This document shows, piece by piece, positions 1 through 13,559 of a stretch of 64,000 nt of DNA; the stretch's first letter is position 1, and every line of letters begins with the position of its first letter. The position numbers and the translations under genes are program-made. The stretch lies in NCBI GenBank assembly GCA_028023455.1, contig JAQFVV010000001.1, positions 10,540,001-10,604,000 on the forward strand, given 5' to 3'. The notes below the pieces were generated by a model. It worked only from the letters and a program-made list of their open reading frames with translations, was not told the origin of the DNA and ran no database searches. This DNA is from Epiperipatus broadwayi (Eukaryota; Animalia; Onychophora).

Positions 1-482
1 ATTTTTTTTTTTAGCAAATTTTCTAAAAGGGCATGCAAAGGTAAAAATGTTTGTTCAATAAGTATGCTAATGTTGGATAGTTTTTCAGAGGAGTAGCTAA
101 GGGATAATTGTAAATAAAACCTCAAATCTTTAATGATACCCGTCATTACTAGCATTTAATTTTATTCAACAAAATATTGTTATCAGAAAAGCAATAATAA
201 AAATAATACAAAATTAGTTAAGAGAGAACTATTTATATTAAAATTAATTAGATATCATTTTAATTTATTTGTACATAAAATTAAATAATATCTTTAAAAA
301 TAAAGCAGTAAAATATTTTGATTCATGGCTCTCAATTCATCCTCGATTTATTTATTTTTCTTTTTAGACTCGCAACTAATGAATATAGATTTGGAAAATC
401 TAAGGTAACATAACAAATTGTAATCTTTTTTCAGTTATAGATTATATCTCTGATTATACCTCAATGACCAATAGATATTTAA

Positions 483-810
483 CTATATGTTGGACTATTT
501 CCATAAATCTAATATTAAATGTTAAAGATCTTTAAAAAAATTCAAAATTTATTTAAACTTTTCAAATACATTCAACTATTAATACTATCACGTCACATGT
601 TAGTTCATAATACATTTTGATTAAAATTACTCTCTCTTTTTCAGCTGTTGTTATCTAATAAGAATGGAAATCGAACTAGGAATCTTTAAATTTGTAAATA
701 TTGAATTTAAAATGGCATTCTAACAATTAGTGTTGTTATCTGACTAGTGACAGTACTATCATGTGAATCAAATCAGGTTTCTGATTAGATTCCTATGATA
801 ATATTAATCA
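483..810 (-). mobile_element. Degraded copy of the tRNA-head/hammerhead SINE-like family (best copy 52212-52590), with two tandem head segments
   Basis: Reverse complement aligns by eye to 52212-52590: catgatagtactgtcactagtcagataacaacac vs catgctagtactgtcactggtcaggctagcaacac; agataacaacagctgaaaaagagag vs aggctagcaacacctgaagaagagg; shared 3' end ggaaatagtccaa. A plus-strand partial 3' copy at about 860-978 forms an inverted pair with it. Confidence 0.6.
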
Positions 811-1375
811 TAGATCAAGCCAGAAATCTCTGAAAAAAATAAAAAAATAATACCACTCAATAAGTGTTATATACTAATCTGCATACTATTATTAAATTTT
901 AAAAAGTTTAAATAAAATTTGAATTTTTCTAACATTTAACAATTAATATTATATGATGAAAATAGTCCAACATATAATTATAACTAAAAGACCATTATCA
1001 CAAAGTTTTATACATATTCAAACAGACTTATATATCAATTTAGTTATATATACATGAATAAGACTAATAATAATATATATAAAAAGATGAGTCCAATTAC
1101 TTTTTAAAATATCATTAAAGATAAAATAATATTTTCAATGATAATATGTCATTCCCAAGTATAATTAGTATTTCAATATATATATAATCAAGATATTTTA
1201 ACAATTTCTAGTTGAAATTCTATAAACATTATACAAATGTACTTGCAATCAAAATCAGGTCTCTATGTTCATTGATGCTTTTTCTGCTATTTCAAATTTC
1301 ATTCTTTATTCCAGCAAAGTCAAGGATTATTTTTCAAATTTTGTGAATTTTTTTTTTTTTTTTGTATTTACTCAC

Positions 1376-1420
1376 CCATTAACACTGAGATTTATGCATT
1401 TATTTCAGTACAGTTACTTT
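1376..1420 (-). other. Candidate 45-nt exon of a leftward (minus-strand) gene, ending in ATG-G
   Basis: Minus strand: T-rich acceptor ttttaag at 1422-1421, donor GG|GTGAGT at 1375; all three frames have stops except the terminal ATG (1379-1377), as expected for a 5'UTR/start exon. No downstream coding exon found in the window. Confidence 0.3.
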
Positions 1421-1749
1421 CTTAAAAAGATTAAAATAAATTTAACAAATATCATAATTAGTTTTGGAAATAAATTTCTTTTATATTCAAAACATTTTCC
1501 TTAATTCTAAAAATATTTGCTTATTTAAAGTTCAAAAATATTACAATTATTTTTAAAGAACTATTGTCTAGCCACACATTATAATTAGTTTAAAAATATT
1601 TTTTAATATTAGAATATTTTTTTAAGCTTTGGAAATTATTGTATTTTTTTCCATTCTATTTTATTTTTCTAAAAATTTTCCTGTTTTAATATCTCACACA
1701 TTTCAATTTTTCCTTTACTGCAGAATTTAGAGCAATATATTTTTATACA

Positions 1750-3400
1750 TAATTCTCGAATTTCTCAGGTTTTGTTTTTTCTTTTTTGACTCGTCATTTC
1801 ACTAAATTGATTGCATTTTGTTTTGTACTTTGGTTATTACCATCATAGACATGGTACAATTTAATGTTTCAATTGGCATGAAAATATACTGTTAGAAATC
1901 AACTATTGTAATTCTTCTTCCTATTCTCAGTCAGTTTGCAGATTATTGGATGTGCATTATCAAGCAACTGTATTTCAATAGGGCTTTTTTAATCTTTCTC
2001 TATTTTTCATTAAATAAATTGTGAAGTTTATTTTGAATTTCTTATTTGAGAATTAATTTATTTATCATACTTATAGGCTTGAACCATTGTCTACAATAAT
2101 AGGGCTAACTTCATTTCCATATCTAAAAGTGAATTATTTGCCTTTACATTTAACTAACACATTTATATGATTATCTAATTCAATTGTATTTCTATTCACA
2201 TAAACACCTATGATCTTAAACCATTGTTGATTATGATAGAGCTAATTTTATTTATATATAACAATAACTTATTTGCCTTTACATTTTAACACATTTATTT
2301 GACTATCTAATTCAATTATATTTCTATTCACATCTTTAATATTTGTGCTTTTACAGATGAAATTTTAGGACAGCTATTAATATTTTCCAGTCTTGGTTAG
2401 TTATTAATAAAATTCAAGATACGCTGCCCATTTCCATGCTAATTGTTTTCCACAAATTTGCAATTCCATCATGAATTGCTTTAACCCTGTTATATCCTTA
2501 TTTTTTTGATTACATAGTCAATAGACAATTTTCCTCCCCTATATAACTGCATTTAGGAGTTCTTCAATTTATTATCAAATTTCTTGCATGCATGTGGTAG
2601 GATATTCTTGTAATCCACATTTAAAACATTGCTTAAATATCCACTGACATATTGATATACCAGGACCTATTTCTCTATAGCATTGGCAAATATCATTGTT
2701 TTTATGTCTGCACCAGCTTTTGCAGCTCTGTTTAACTATTTTAAAATTGATTGTTTTTTAATTGCTTTCACATTTTGGAATGTTTGTGCTCTTGTTCCAT
2801 TATCATCTAATAGGTGATTGCTTTCTTAATTGCAGCTTCATATGTTATATAAGATTCAGTTGAGCTATTGTCTAGTTTAGCATCAGATATTCTTCACAAT
2901 AACTGAATTTAAGAAAATTTCTTCAAAAAATTCACCATGCAAATACTTCTTATTCTTTGATTTTTGTTATTTTGTTTATCTTCTCTTTATTAAATGAAGA
3001 TATGTATACATTATATGAAGATCACAGACTGAAATAATCTGTCAGTCTCATAATTATTTCATTGTATAAGACATCATCTAAGGATGCTGCCTCACAGAAT
3101 TGATTATGACTAAATTATTCTCTCCCTCCAGAAAAGTGTAACAACTCTGCAATTTTTCATTTGTTGTCTTTTATTGCATTTAATAATGAAAACATTTTAA
3201 CTACAACACATAGGATAAGTCATTCAGATTTATTACTAATAATGAATTCAGTGATACATATCTGCCAATTTCAAATAATCTAAGATTCAAATTTCTGACT
3301 TATTTTGCTAATTGTCTAGTGATTTTCTTTCCAATTTGTCATTGGTGAATGTGTTAGTTGCTATGCCTCAACGCTGAACAAATTTATCAATCAATTTAAT
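1750..3400 (-). mobile_element. Decayed RTE-type LINE, apurinic endonuclease region
   Basis: Minus-strand translation near 2400-2450 gives HGNGQRILNF, matching the RTE endonuclease motif N.NGQRLL.F; many stops and frameshifts; internal ~135-bp tandem duplication at 2096-2340. Confidence 0.5.
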
Positions 3401-3607
3401 ACATATAATAGTGAGAATAGTTTAAATAAAGAAAAATAATATAAATGCAAAGACAATTCCAATAAATTGCAGAAGTAATAAGATTAACTATTTTTAATAA
3501 TCTATATAAAACTAATATAATATTTACAATGAATATACACCTGCTTGCTTAACCATAGCAATATTCATCAATTTGTACTCATTATTTTGATGTATAACTG
3601 ATTATTT

Positions 3608-4564
3608 AAATAATATTTTAATTTGCGAAGCGCAGATAGTTGAAAATTGAAATAAATTGAGATACTGCTAAATCTCTAGCACTCATTATAATACTTATCT
3701 GACAGCCAATCAGATGTCATGGATAGCTGTCCAAATGACATCCAAACCTAAACACACAACAAAAATATTACGAGAAAAGGGCAACCACCCTTTTCTCTAC
3801 TTTTCTTTCTATATATCTAAGCCAGTCGTAAGTATTTAGGTTTGAAAGCTTGAAGCTTTAAATATCTTCACAATTAACTCACTAAGTCTAAATCATAAAT
3901 GTACAATGTGAAATCCTGTGATTTACTACATAGTAGTTTTTAGAATACATAAAAAGCAGTAAAATATGTAAATATTTTAATTTGCGAAGTGAAGATAGTT
4001 GAAAATTGAAATAAATTGAGATACTACCAAATCTCTAGCGCTCGTTATAATACTTATCTGACAACCAATCAGATATCATGGATAGCTATCCAAATGACAT
4101 CCAAACCTAAACATCCAACAAAGTTTTTGTGTGTTTAGGTTTGGATGTCATTTGGACAGCTATCATTGACATCTGATTGGCTGTTGGATAAGTATTGTAA
4201 CGAGTGCTAGAAATTTGGCAGTACCTCAATTTATTTCAATTTTCAACTGTCTGCGCTTCACAAATTAAAATATTATTTACATACTTTATTGCTTGTTATG
4301 TATTCTAAAAACTACTATGTAGTAAATCATAGGATTTCACATTGTACATTTATGATTTAGACTCGGTGAGTTAATTGTGAAGATATTTAAAGCTTCAAGC
4401 TTTCAAACCTAAATACTTACGACTGGCTTAGATATATAGAAAGAAAAGTAAAACCTTTGTTGTGTGTTTAGGTTTGGATGTCATTTGAACAGCTATCCAT
4501 GACATCTAATTGGCTGTCAGATAAGTATTATAACGAGTGCTAGAGATTTGGCACTATCTCAATT
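3608..4564. repeat. ~950-bp fold-back palindrome built from four copies of a ~150-bp unit, flanked by 15-bp direct repeats
   Basis: Unit tttaatttgcgaag...ccaaacctaaaca at 3617-3765 and 3977-4120 (+), inverted at 4125-4270 and 4455-4564; spacers 3800-3960 and 4290-4450 are reverse complements; centre about 4123; tataactgattattt at 3593-3607 and 4565-4579. Confidence 0.9.
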
Positions 4565-6089
4565 TATAACTGATTATTTACTATAATGATTATAAAAAAA
4601 ATTTGAATTTTTTTTTAAATGACCATTTTCAAAATGGCATCCATTTTGTAAGATTGATAATGTCATAGGATAGTGACTTTATGTTGTCAGGAAAAAAAAT
4701 GACGACAATCATGCTAAAATTTTACAATACAGGGTTATTTATTTAAACAATACAATATACAATATTACAGTATTTTGATTAATAAATTAAAATACAATTA
4801 ATGTGCAGTACTTTATTTAATTTTTATCTACTGCCCTTGCAAGACAATCAATACATTACTTAATGACATAATGACTACAAAAGTAAAAAAAAAAATATGC
4901 CTCAATTAATACAATAATCAAAAGCCAAATGCATTTGTGTTATTTTTTACATTAGCTTAAAAATTGTATATTCACTCACTTTTATGGATTAAAATTTTTA
5001 TTAATGGTACTTTGCTTGTGGGAAAAATTATAATCATCATAATTATACAATTTAGTTATCATAATTGTAAACTATTTTGAAAAAAAAATGAAATTAATAA
5101 TCAACTTTACATTATTAAAACTACCAAATATGTAGAAAATATCATTTACTGATTAGTATTTACTTTATTATATATCATAATATTGTAATTTATTTCGGAC
5201 AAATACAAGCCAAAGCAGACATTATCACAAGCAAGAGTGCCAAAAAAAAATACAAATTACATTCAGCATAAAAATATAAATGCATTGTGGCCATATACTA
5301 TACTTTTAAAAATTAATTTTAAATTGTATATTAGCTAAAATATTCAGTTAACTAATTTTGAATCAAAAATTCTCAGTCACACTAAAAATGCAGTATTTTC
5401 AGAAAAAAAAAAAGGGAGGTGAGAGGAATGATTTCATGAATTATATAATAAATAATCAAATTTAGATGATCAAAAATTATTAAATCTACGTTTAAAATAT
5501 TATTCACTTGCTAGATTTTAAATCATAATCTTGTAATTTGTTTCAGATGTATCCAAGACAATGGCCACGCTATCACAAAATTGAAAAATTATAACAAAAA
5601 AAAAAAAATACAAATTTTCATTCAGCTTAAAAATAAAAATAAATTTTGTTTGTGTATTATTAATAATTAATTGTAAATTGTATATTATACATGTATTAAC
5701 TAAAATATTCAGTGGAGCAATTGCAAATTAAAACTTTTATAAATGCTAATTTCAGTCAAATCAAAATTGTTGTTATCCTAAATATATTTTTGATAAAAAA
5801 AAGAAACGAGAAAGATGATTTCACACATTATACATTTAATAAAAAATTTTGCAAGATGAAAATGCAATACAAATATATTAAAAAAGTTTCATGATATTAA
5901 TTTTTATTTTAATGGCTTGCATTTCTGTCAGTGCAACATGTTGCATTATTCAAAAATTGCTAGGTCATTTTTTAAAAATGGCTACCAAATATGACATCTA
6001 ATGCCACAAAAAAAACTCACACACACAGCTAGCATATTTATATATAAAATCCCATTTATTTAGATCTACATAGTACATACTATTACAAA

Positions 6090-8300
6090 ATATGGTTGTC
6101 GTCGATTAGTCGCTAAAAGCCGCCTGAGGGCATTTTACCTAGGTAAAAGCACATTGAAATGCCATTTACTAGGCATACCTAGTAGGCCTACATATATATG
6201 CTGTCAGTAATATTATACCGTAACATATATACATATTTTGAGTCCTTTTTTTCACGACCATTATCTTTCATACAAAAAAGTCACTCTTTAACACCTTCAA
6301 TAGGCTTAGCAGTTGCTACGAAACTTTCGCAATTTACATTTTCAGTATTTGTTTTCTTTTGGGATTCTAGAATTGTAGTGTAAGTAATTGTGCAAATGTT
6401 TATTTTAAAATTTTTAATTTGTTTCAATGGATGTGGTATTTGTTATTTTAAATTTTAACATTGCAAACAACAATCACAACAATCACTAGAGACATGATCA
6501 ATTGTCAAAATTTGGGGAAGGGTGTTTTTAACCAGCTCTCTGGCAAAGTAATGTCACTCGCAAGATTTTAGAGTCGAGATTTAGAAAATGGCCATGAGTG
6601 AAATCAACATTTTCATCAGGAGAGTGTTCCAGTTGTTGTTAAATTAAAATCTTTTGAATGTGATTATTATAATTGTATGCAATAGTTATATTTTGTGTTT
6701 GTTTATGAAAAAAATTTTTCAGTCCAAAAAATTTGTTACTATTATTTCTTGAAATATTGATGAGTGAAATGTTTTTCATTTGTTCACTAAATAAATGTTT
6801 CGTCTAAATTAGAACAAATGTAAAATCATTTTTGAGTTTTTAGTTAATTAAAAAATCGATCGATATAGTTCAAAAACGGGGGGGGGGTATCAAATTACAA
6901 GCAGATTTTTTTTTTAAACAAATCAAATATTACTTTTATTTCAAACAAGTACAATTAAAAACAGATTTCCATAAAAAGGTTCTTTTTTTGGTTAAAAATA
7001 TCAAATTAAAAACACATTAAAAAAAAAAATATATTTTTACTTAAGAGAAATGAAAGTGAAAATAAGTTTGTTTGTTTTTTTTAAAAAAAAAAAGGTTTAC
7101 TTTTATTTAAAACAAAAAAAAAGTTGTATTTAATCACAGGCCCATAAAAAAAAAATTCGGCTAGAAAATGTTACATTAAATCGTGCGCGCGGTAGGAAAT
7201 GTTATATTGAATCCTAAAATGGAAAAACATATTAAAAAAAAAAAGCTTTATTTTTATTTTAATTTTTAAAAAAAGGTTATATAGAATTATGCTAGAATAT
7301 GTTAGAAGAATGAATCGCTTGATTCTTTTTTACGCTACAATATGTTAGATTGAAACGCACGCCAGGGAATGTTGTATTGAATCGGTTTTGTTTAGCAACA
7401 GCGCCATCAAGTGGGATATGGTGGCTATTTGATGACTACCAATATTGATTTCAATATGCAAACACAGAATGCATTAAATAAGTGTTTTCTTTTTTAATAT
7501 GCCAGAATTTTTTTTCCCAATGTTAACTGTGTAATATATACAGTTCTATAATTTGGTTAATCTTACACTGTTAATTCTTCAACCGTCTCTTATGAGGCTC
7601 CTCGTAGACATCTGACGTCACTCTAACTCTGCCAGTTCTTATGCTAAAAAATTCGTTTGATAGGTTTTGAATAGGTTTTTAAAAGTTCTGTAAGATGGTG
7701 CCCTCTTCCGATTTATTTTACAAGTAAAAAATAAAAAAAAACGCATTTAAACCTAAACAAAGAAAGAACATTATTTGTGATTAGTTCTTAGCATGCTCTC
7801 AGCCGAAAAAGACATTCTGATTGGCTGGAAAGAACAAAGAAACCGCCTGATCAAAGAAAATAAAGAAAAACACTGAGATTTTCATTTTGAATATGATTTA
7901 AATTATTATAAAAGAATATTTTGAGAAATTAAAATTATTTTCAGAGAGAATACTAAAAAAACAAAATTATTTTCAAAAAATATTGAAGATTTTAGTAAAA
8001 ATATTAAAGAAATATTTAAAAGAAATATTTACTTTTCTATAACGTAAAAGTCGACCTTTTTGTTTATATTATAGCTTTTATGTTGCCGAAATTGAATATT
8101 TTAGAATAAATAAATAGCAATTTATTTTTGAAAGAACTTTCGTTCTCTTCATAACCTGAAAAATTAGTAATATACTTTTTATAAACGTATCTGAGTTGAA
8201 TTTAATATTATAGGCGAATATGTTTTAACAATAGGCTTTGTCTTCAGTTTGTGAGTTGGCCAATTAAAAGATTTGATTTTTACCTCATACAACCAATAAT
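6090..8300. promoter_or_regulatory. CpG-retaining region, probable bidirectional promoter
   Basis: CpG visibly retained relative to flanks; TGACGTCA (CRE) 7613-7620; GATTGG (reverse CCAAT) about 7819; CTCF-like CAGCGCCATCAAGTGG 7399-7414; outward-facing GTAAGAT donors at 7566 (-) and 7690 (+). Confidence 0.5.
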
Positions 8301-8599
8301 ATAATTAGCAGTTAAAAGGTTAATAAATAAATCTTTATGGCCACAAGAGTAGTCTAGTGAGAAATTATTAAACATTGCTTTTTTAATTCTAAATAATTTC
8401 ACATAAATAATATAAAATTATGAATTTTTAAAAAATGAAACTTTAGTATGGGTATTTTGTCCATTGCAATGATTAACTTCTTTGTGGAAGAACACAAAAA
8501 ATTATCAACTATGAGTATACTTTTTCTTTTTATCTATTTTTATATATGCTTGCACAATAAAGCCACTTTTTTTTCTAATAATACTACTGTATTTTTTTT

Positions 8600-9150
8600 T
8601 AAAAAGTTTACAGCTATATATGTTTTCAACCAGAACCATATCAGCAATTAATACCACCTAACATCATATCACTTTTTCAAAATATAGATCAAAGAATCAT
8701 AGCAACCTTCAAGATGTACTAACTTCAACAACTAATGCAACATTCTATCACCACTTTGGATAAAGATGCTGATAAGAAATTGACGATTACAACATTGAAA
8801 AGCATTTGTAATCACAGATGGAAGAATTAACTAACGAAAATTTAATGCAACTAGATGAAGAATAGAAAATCAAAAAACATGTAGAGAAGAACCTAAACAT
8901 CAAAAAAAAACTTAAGAAACTAATTTTGTATCATGAAGCCATGAACAGCAGTTTTCGAAGAATTTTCTCTAAAGATCTTCAGCCATCAACACCTTGTTTA
9001 TCTCCTCCAAAAAAAAACCCAAGATCATCAGGAGATTTAAAATGATATACCTTAGAATGAGTAATTGATGACTCAAAAAACTGGATGATGATGAATTCTG
9101 AATGGACCAATTATAAGACAAAACAATTTTAAGCTGTTATTTTTTTCTTT
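8600..9150 (+). mobile_element. Tigger/pogo-like transposase C-terminal remnant
   Basis: Translates to SQMEELTNENLMQLDEE, resembling the Tigger-type SH.EELTNEDL.EL motif; frameshifted; no TIRs recognised. Confidence 0.45.
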
Positions 9151-9399
9151 TTACATAGATTTTTTTTTTTTAAGAACATACATATTTTTAAGTACATACT
9201 AATGTAATACACACATAGCTTAGTTTATACATGCACATATTGTATATTAGTGGTGATTTTTTTCATTATTATAAATTAAGTTGTTTGTTAAAACAATACC
9301 CATAATTTATAGTCTAATTTTTATCTTCAGGAACAAGTTAATTTTTTTCCCATAGAAAACCATTATAATCCTTTGCTTTTTATAAGATCTTGCTTTACA

Positions 9400-9431
9400 A
9401 TGAATTTTGAGAAACCAATTGTCATCTCTAA
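9400..9431 (+). CDS. Candidate first coding exon (MNFEKPIVIS) of an unidentified small protein
   Basis: Acceptor tttttttcccatag ending 9355, acaATG at 9400, donor AA|GTAAGT at 9432; ends in phase 2. Confidence 0.4.
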
Positions 9432-11139
9432 GTAAGTTAAAGTATATATTGATCTCTGATAGTTAATTTTTAATACATACATATATATAATCAAGTATTT
9501 TAACAAATTCTAGTTAAGATTATATAAATACCATAAATATGAACATTGCAGCATATTAAAATAATGATTGATGAGACATACCACAGTAAAAGAGTTTATT
9601 CTATATAGATGGTAAATGCTATAAATGCAATGAAAATTCAAACAAATGAAAGAGGTAATGAGATTAATTATTTTTAATAATATGTAAAGATAATATAATA
9701 TTTAAAATGACTATATATTGATTTCTGTTACAGCTAACAGTTCAAAATATAATATTTAAATACAAATATATTGTCTATACTAAGTTAAGTTTATATAAAT
9801 ACTATATATATATATATATATGATAGCAGTACCTTTTTATCTCTATAAAGGTAGCATATATATAAAATGATAGATATCATAATTATTTTATATATTCAGA
9901 CGTTAATATACTCTCAATAAATAAAAGAGCATATTGAATGTTTATCTACTATTCCTAAGCTAGCAAATAATAATTGAGATCAATAGAGACTCTTATCTAT
10001 AAAAATAGAGTTTGAATTGCAAAGGAATTTTAATGAACATAATCATATTTTGAAATAATATTAAATATTTAAATACTCTTAATCATATATTAATAATATA
10101 TGAGACTATTTAATTTTCAGGGATTCTCTTACAGAAATGTAAATATGCAACTATACATGACTGGTAATGAATGAGATAATCCACAATGAATGATTTTTAA
10201 AAATAATTAATTAATGAAATGAAATTCACATAATATAATGATAATAGCAAAATAAAACAATAAATATTATTTAAGTAAATAAATATTTTACCAAAATGGT
10301 CTATTATTTATTTGGTGGATAATAAGATATAATGTTCAATAAACTATTTCTAGAATTGTATTATCATGTAATGCAAACAATTCATGAAACTGAAATAGGT
10401 TATAAACCAGTATAATTTTATTAAAAATTAGTATATTTTATTAAGTAATATTTACTAAGGCAATAAACCTAAAGTTTGTGCAGTTAAAAATAACTTTAGA
10501 TTGTATGCTTGATTTGCTTATCACTTTGTAAACTTTTATATTTATAATTTACAATTATATAAAGAAGCTTTTATCATAATATTTTTTTTTGTAATATTTA
10601 CTAAAGCAATTATTTCAGCAGATTATATATTGTTACATTTTCATTTACCATTGTCAAACTCCCTCACCTCACCACTTTGACGCCATCCATTACAGATAAA
10701 TACACTAATGATTATTACTAATCATTTTCAAAATTTGTCTTTTATTATATCTTTATGTATATGAATTTAAAAAGAATGGGGAAGTATGGAGAGGTTTATT
10801 ATATCTATACAGATTATATATATATACAGTGAGACATTAGGCATACTTTCAATTAAATTTAAAAAATACGGAGAATAATGATTCCCAATAAATACTATTA
10901 ACGTTTTGTCATAACCTTTTTTGATTGGTATATAAATTATACTTGAATTTGAAATATATAGATCTATATTGGACAATACACATACATTCAAATCTAATAT
11001 CATCTAAAATGGAAGTAAATAAAATCCATTATGCTATTCTTTTATATAAATTATAATAAATAATAAAAATCATAAACAACAGCTATATAAATATTAATAA
11101 TAATTATGCATTAAAAATCTTTTCCAACATATGGTCTCT

Positions 11140-11310
11140 TGCTCTTTCTAAATGTGATGTACTGTGGCTTCTCCTTAAACGGAGTCAGGAATCTCTCAGC
11201 AATTATAGCCAGAGAAACCTGTTAGCCACTTTATTTTCCATTCCCCACTCTAAGTTTTCCCATATTCTGCTCCATCCCATTTCCACAACATAATAGAACA
11301 CCATCTAGTA
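11140..11310 (-). mobile_element. 3' end of a LINE family with (CATCA)n tail, short copy
   Basis: Reverse complement of 11975-12110, and matches 28430-28570 and 31075-31230. Confidence 0.8.
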
Positions 11311-11589
11311 TTCGAAAATGGAAGTAAAATAACAACAACAACAAAATAAAATATTAAAATAGAATAAAACCTTCATATAGAAATCCAATATAACCAAAAA
11401 AATTGACTATATAACATAACAATATGCAAAATAAATAATACATACATTACAGAAGTTTATATATGAACATATTACATTAAACAGAACTTAAATAATTGTA
11501 TGAATATTTATAAAACTTCAATAAATTTAGTTAACAACTTATCAATTAAAAATGAATAAAAAATCATAAAAGATAATATATATAATAAG

Positions 11590-12110
11590 GAAATTAGAGA
11601 GATGGAGAAATAGTATGGAGAGTAAAAAGAGTTTAAATATATATATATAGAAATAAACAGAATATTAGGTGCGAGTTAATATATAATAATAGTAAGGAAA
11701 GTAGTTTATTGTTTAAGGCTCGAACGGGATCTTTAGCAACAAGAGAATATACACGTAAATGGAAAAATATGGGTGATTTATTTTGTAAATTATGTACGGA
11801 AGGAATAGAAAATATTAGGCATCTGTTAATTGAATGTAAATGCTTGAAGACAGAAAGGTTACATATAATGAAATTATGAAAAAATAAATATGAAAAAAGT
11901 GATTATATAGAAAGTGAATTATTGGTTTTTATGCTGGATTTGGGAAAAGATAAGGGGGATTTAGATATAAAGGCCTTATGTTGTGGAAATGGGATAGAGC
12001 AGAATATGGGAAAACTAGAATGGGAAATGGAAAATAAAGTGGCTAACAGGTTTATCTGGCCATAATTGCTGAGATATTCTTGACTTCGTTTAAGGAGAAG
12101 CCATCACATT
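11590..12110 (+). mobile_element. 3' end of a LINE (C-terminal Cys/His motif), same family as 28140-28570 and 31075-31900
   Basis: Translates to LFKARTGSLATREYTRKWKNMGDLFCKLCTEGIENIRHLLIECKCLKTER (C..C...H...C motif typical of non-LTR ORF2 C-termini). Confidence 0.8.
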
Positions 12111-13559
12111 AATATTAAAATAGATAATTGATTTTTTGAAAAGGGCATGAAGTCTTTTTATGCATAATTATTATTAATATATATTTATATTAGTTGCTGT
12201 ATATGATTTTTATTTATTATAATTCAAACCTAAATATTTAAATAAGATAAATAAATTACTTGATAGTACCCCCCCCTCCCTGTTTAAAGGAAATGCCAAC
12301 TAAGTGCAATATTTATTAATGATAATAAAATTTTACAGTACACTTATACCTATATACATAAACAAACATAAAAAAGAATTTATGATCCAATATTCTTTCA
12401 ATCTTCTGCTGAAATCCCATGATGTTCTATTGTGTATATTTTTTATGGATATAGTTTATATTTATTTCCAATCTGATCATCCCATTTTTAAATTATAAAA
12501 TCCAGATTAACTAGCAATTTTTACCATTTGACTGAGAATAGGATTTGTAAATTGCTGACAAATTGATTTTTGGAGATGATATAAGTAACATTTCTCCAAA
12601 ATGACATCATCTATTTGTTTTTTTTTTAAGGTTCTTCAGACTATTGTTATGAAGTCCATGTGTCTCTAATTTATTAAGAAGCATTGTTAAAATTTTGGGT
12701 TGCCATTTCTAAGTCTTCCCAACATTTTATTATTAGTATCATCCATCATGTATATTGAATAATATTAATAACAAACACTATGGCTTCTTATTTTATTAAT
12801 GACTGAATATTTTACTCACATTAGCCTGTCAACAACTATGACAAGTTGAGAAAACCATCTCAAAGTGCATAAAATAATAAAATGATAACAATAATTGTGT
12901 TTCACATTCAGATTAAATATATATATATATATCATTTGTCTCAAATAAATAAATTATATTGAGCCATGCATTGGGGGCATAAAATGCAAAATGAACCGAT
13001 GTTAATAATTAGCTAATAAAGCCTAAAGAGTGATAAATAAATTTATTCTTGCCTCACATTCAAGGGTGCCAAATGTAATGGTATCAGGGAACATGTGTAT
13101 AAAATTATGCATCTTATAATTATTTAATATATTCATATGCCAATATAGACAATGAATAAAAGAGCATATTGTTTATCTACTATTCCTGGCCAGCGAATAA
13201 TAACTGAGATGAATAAAGACTCTCATCTATAAAAATAGTTTGAAATGCATAGGGATTTTAATGAACCCAAACCAGATTTTGAAAGAATATTAAATATGCT
13301 TTACCATATTAATAATATATGGGATTATTTAATTTTCTGGGATTCTCTTACAGAAATGTGTTACCAATTACAATAAATATATAAATATGCAACTATAGAT
13401 GACTGATATTAAATGAGATAATTCACAATGAGTGATTTAAAAAAAAATTTAATGAATGAATTTAATATAATGATAATAACAAAATAAAACAATAAATATT
13501 ATTTAAGTAAATAAATATTTTACCAAAAAGGTTTATTATTTAGTTGGCAGATAGATATT

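Noticed and set aside
645-693. Plus-strand exon candidate with good polypyrimidine tract (CYLIRMEIELGIFKF)
   Set aside because: It is the antisense strand of the degraded SINE copy; the tract is the reverse complement of its purine-rich hammerhead region.
2357-2395. Plus-strand exon candidate DEILGQLLIFSSL that would join 18452 in frame
   Set aside because: Lies antisense within an RTE endonuclease remnant and upstream of the probable promoter.
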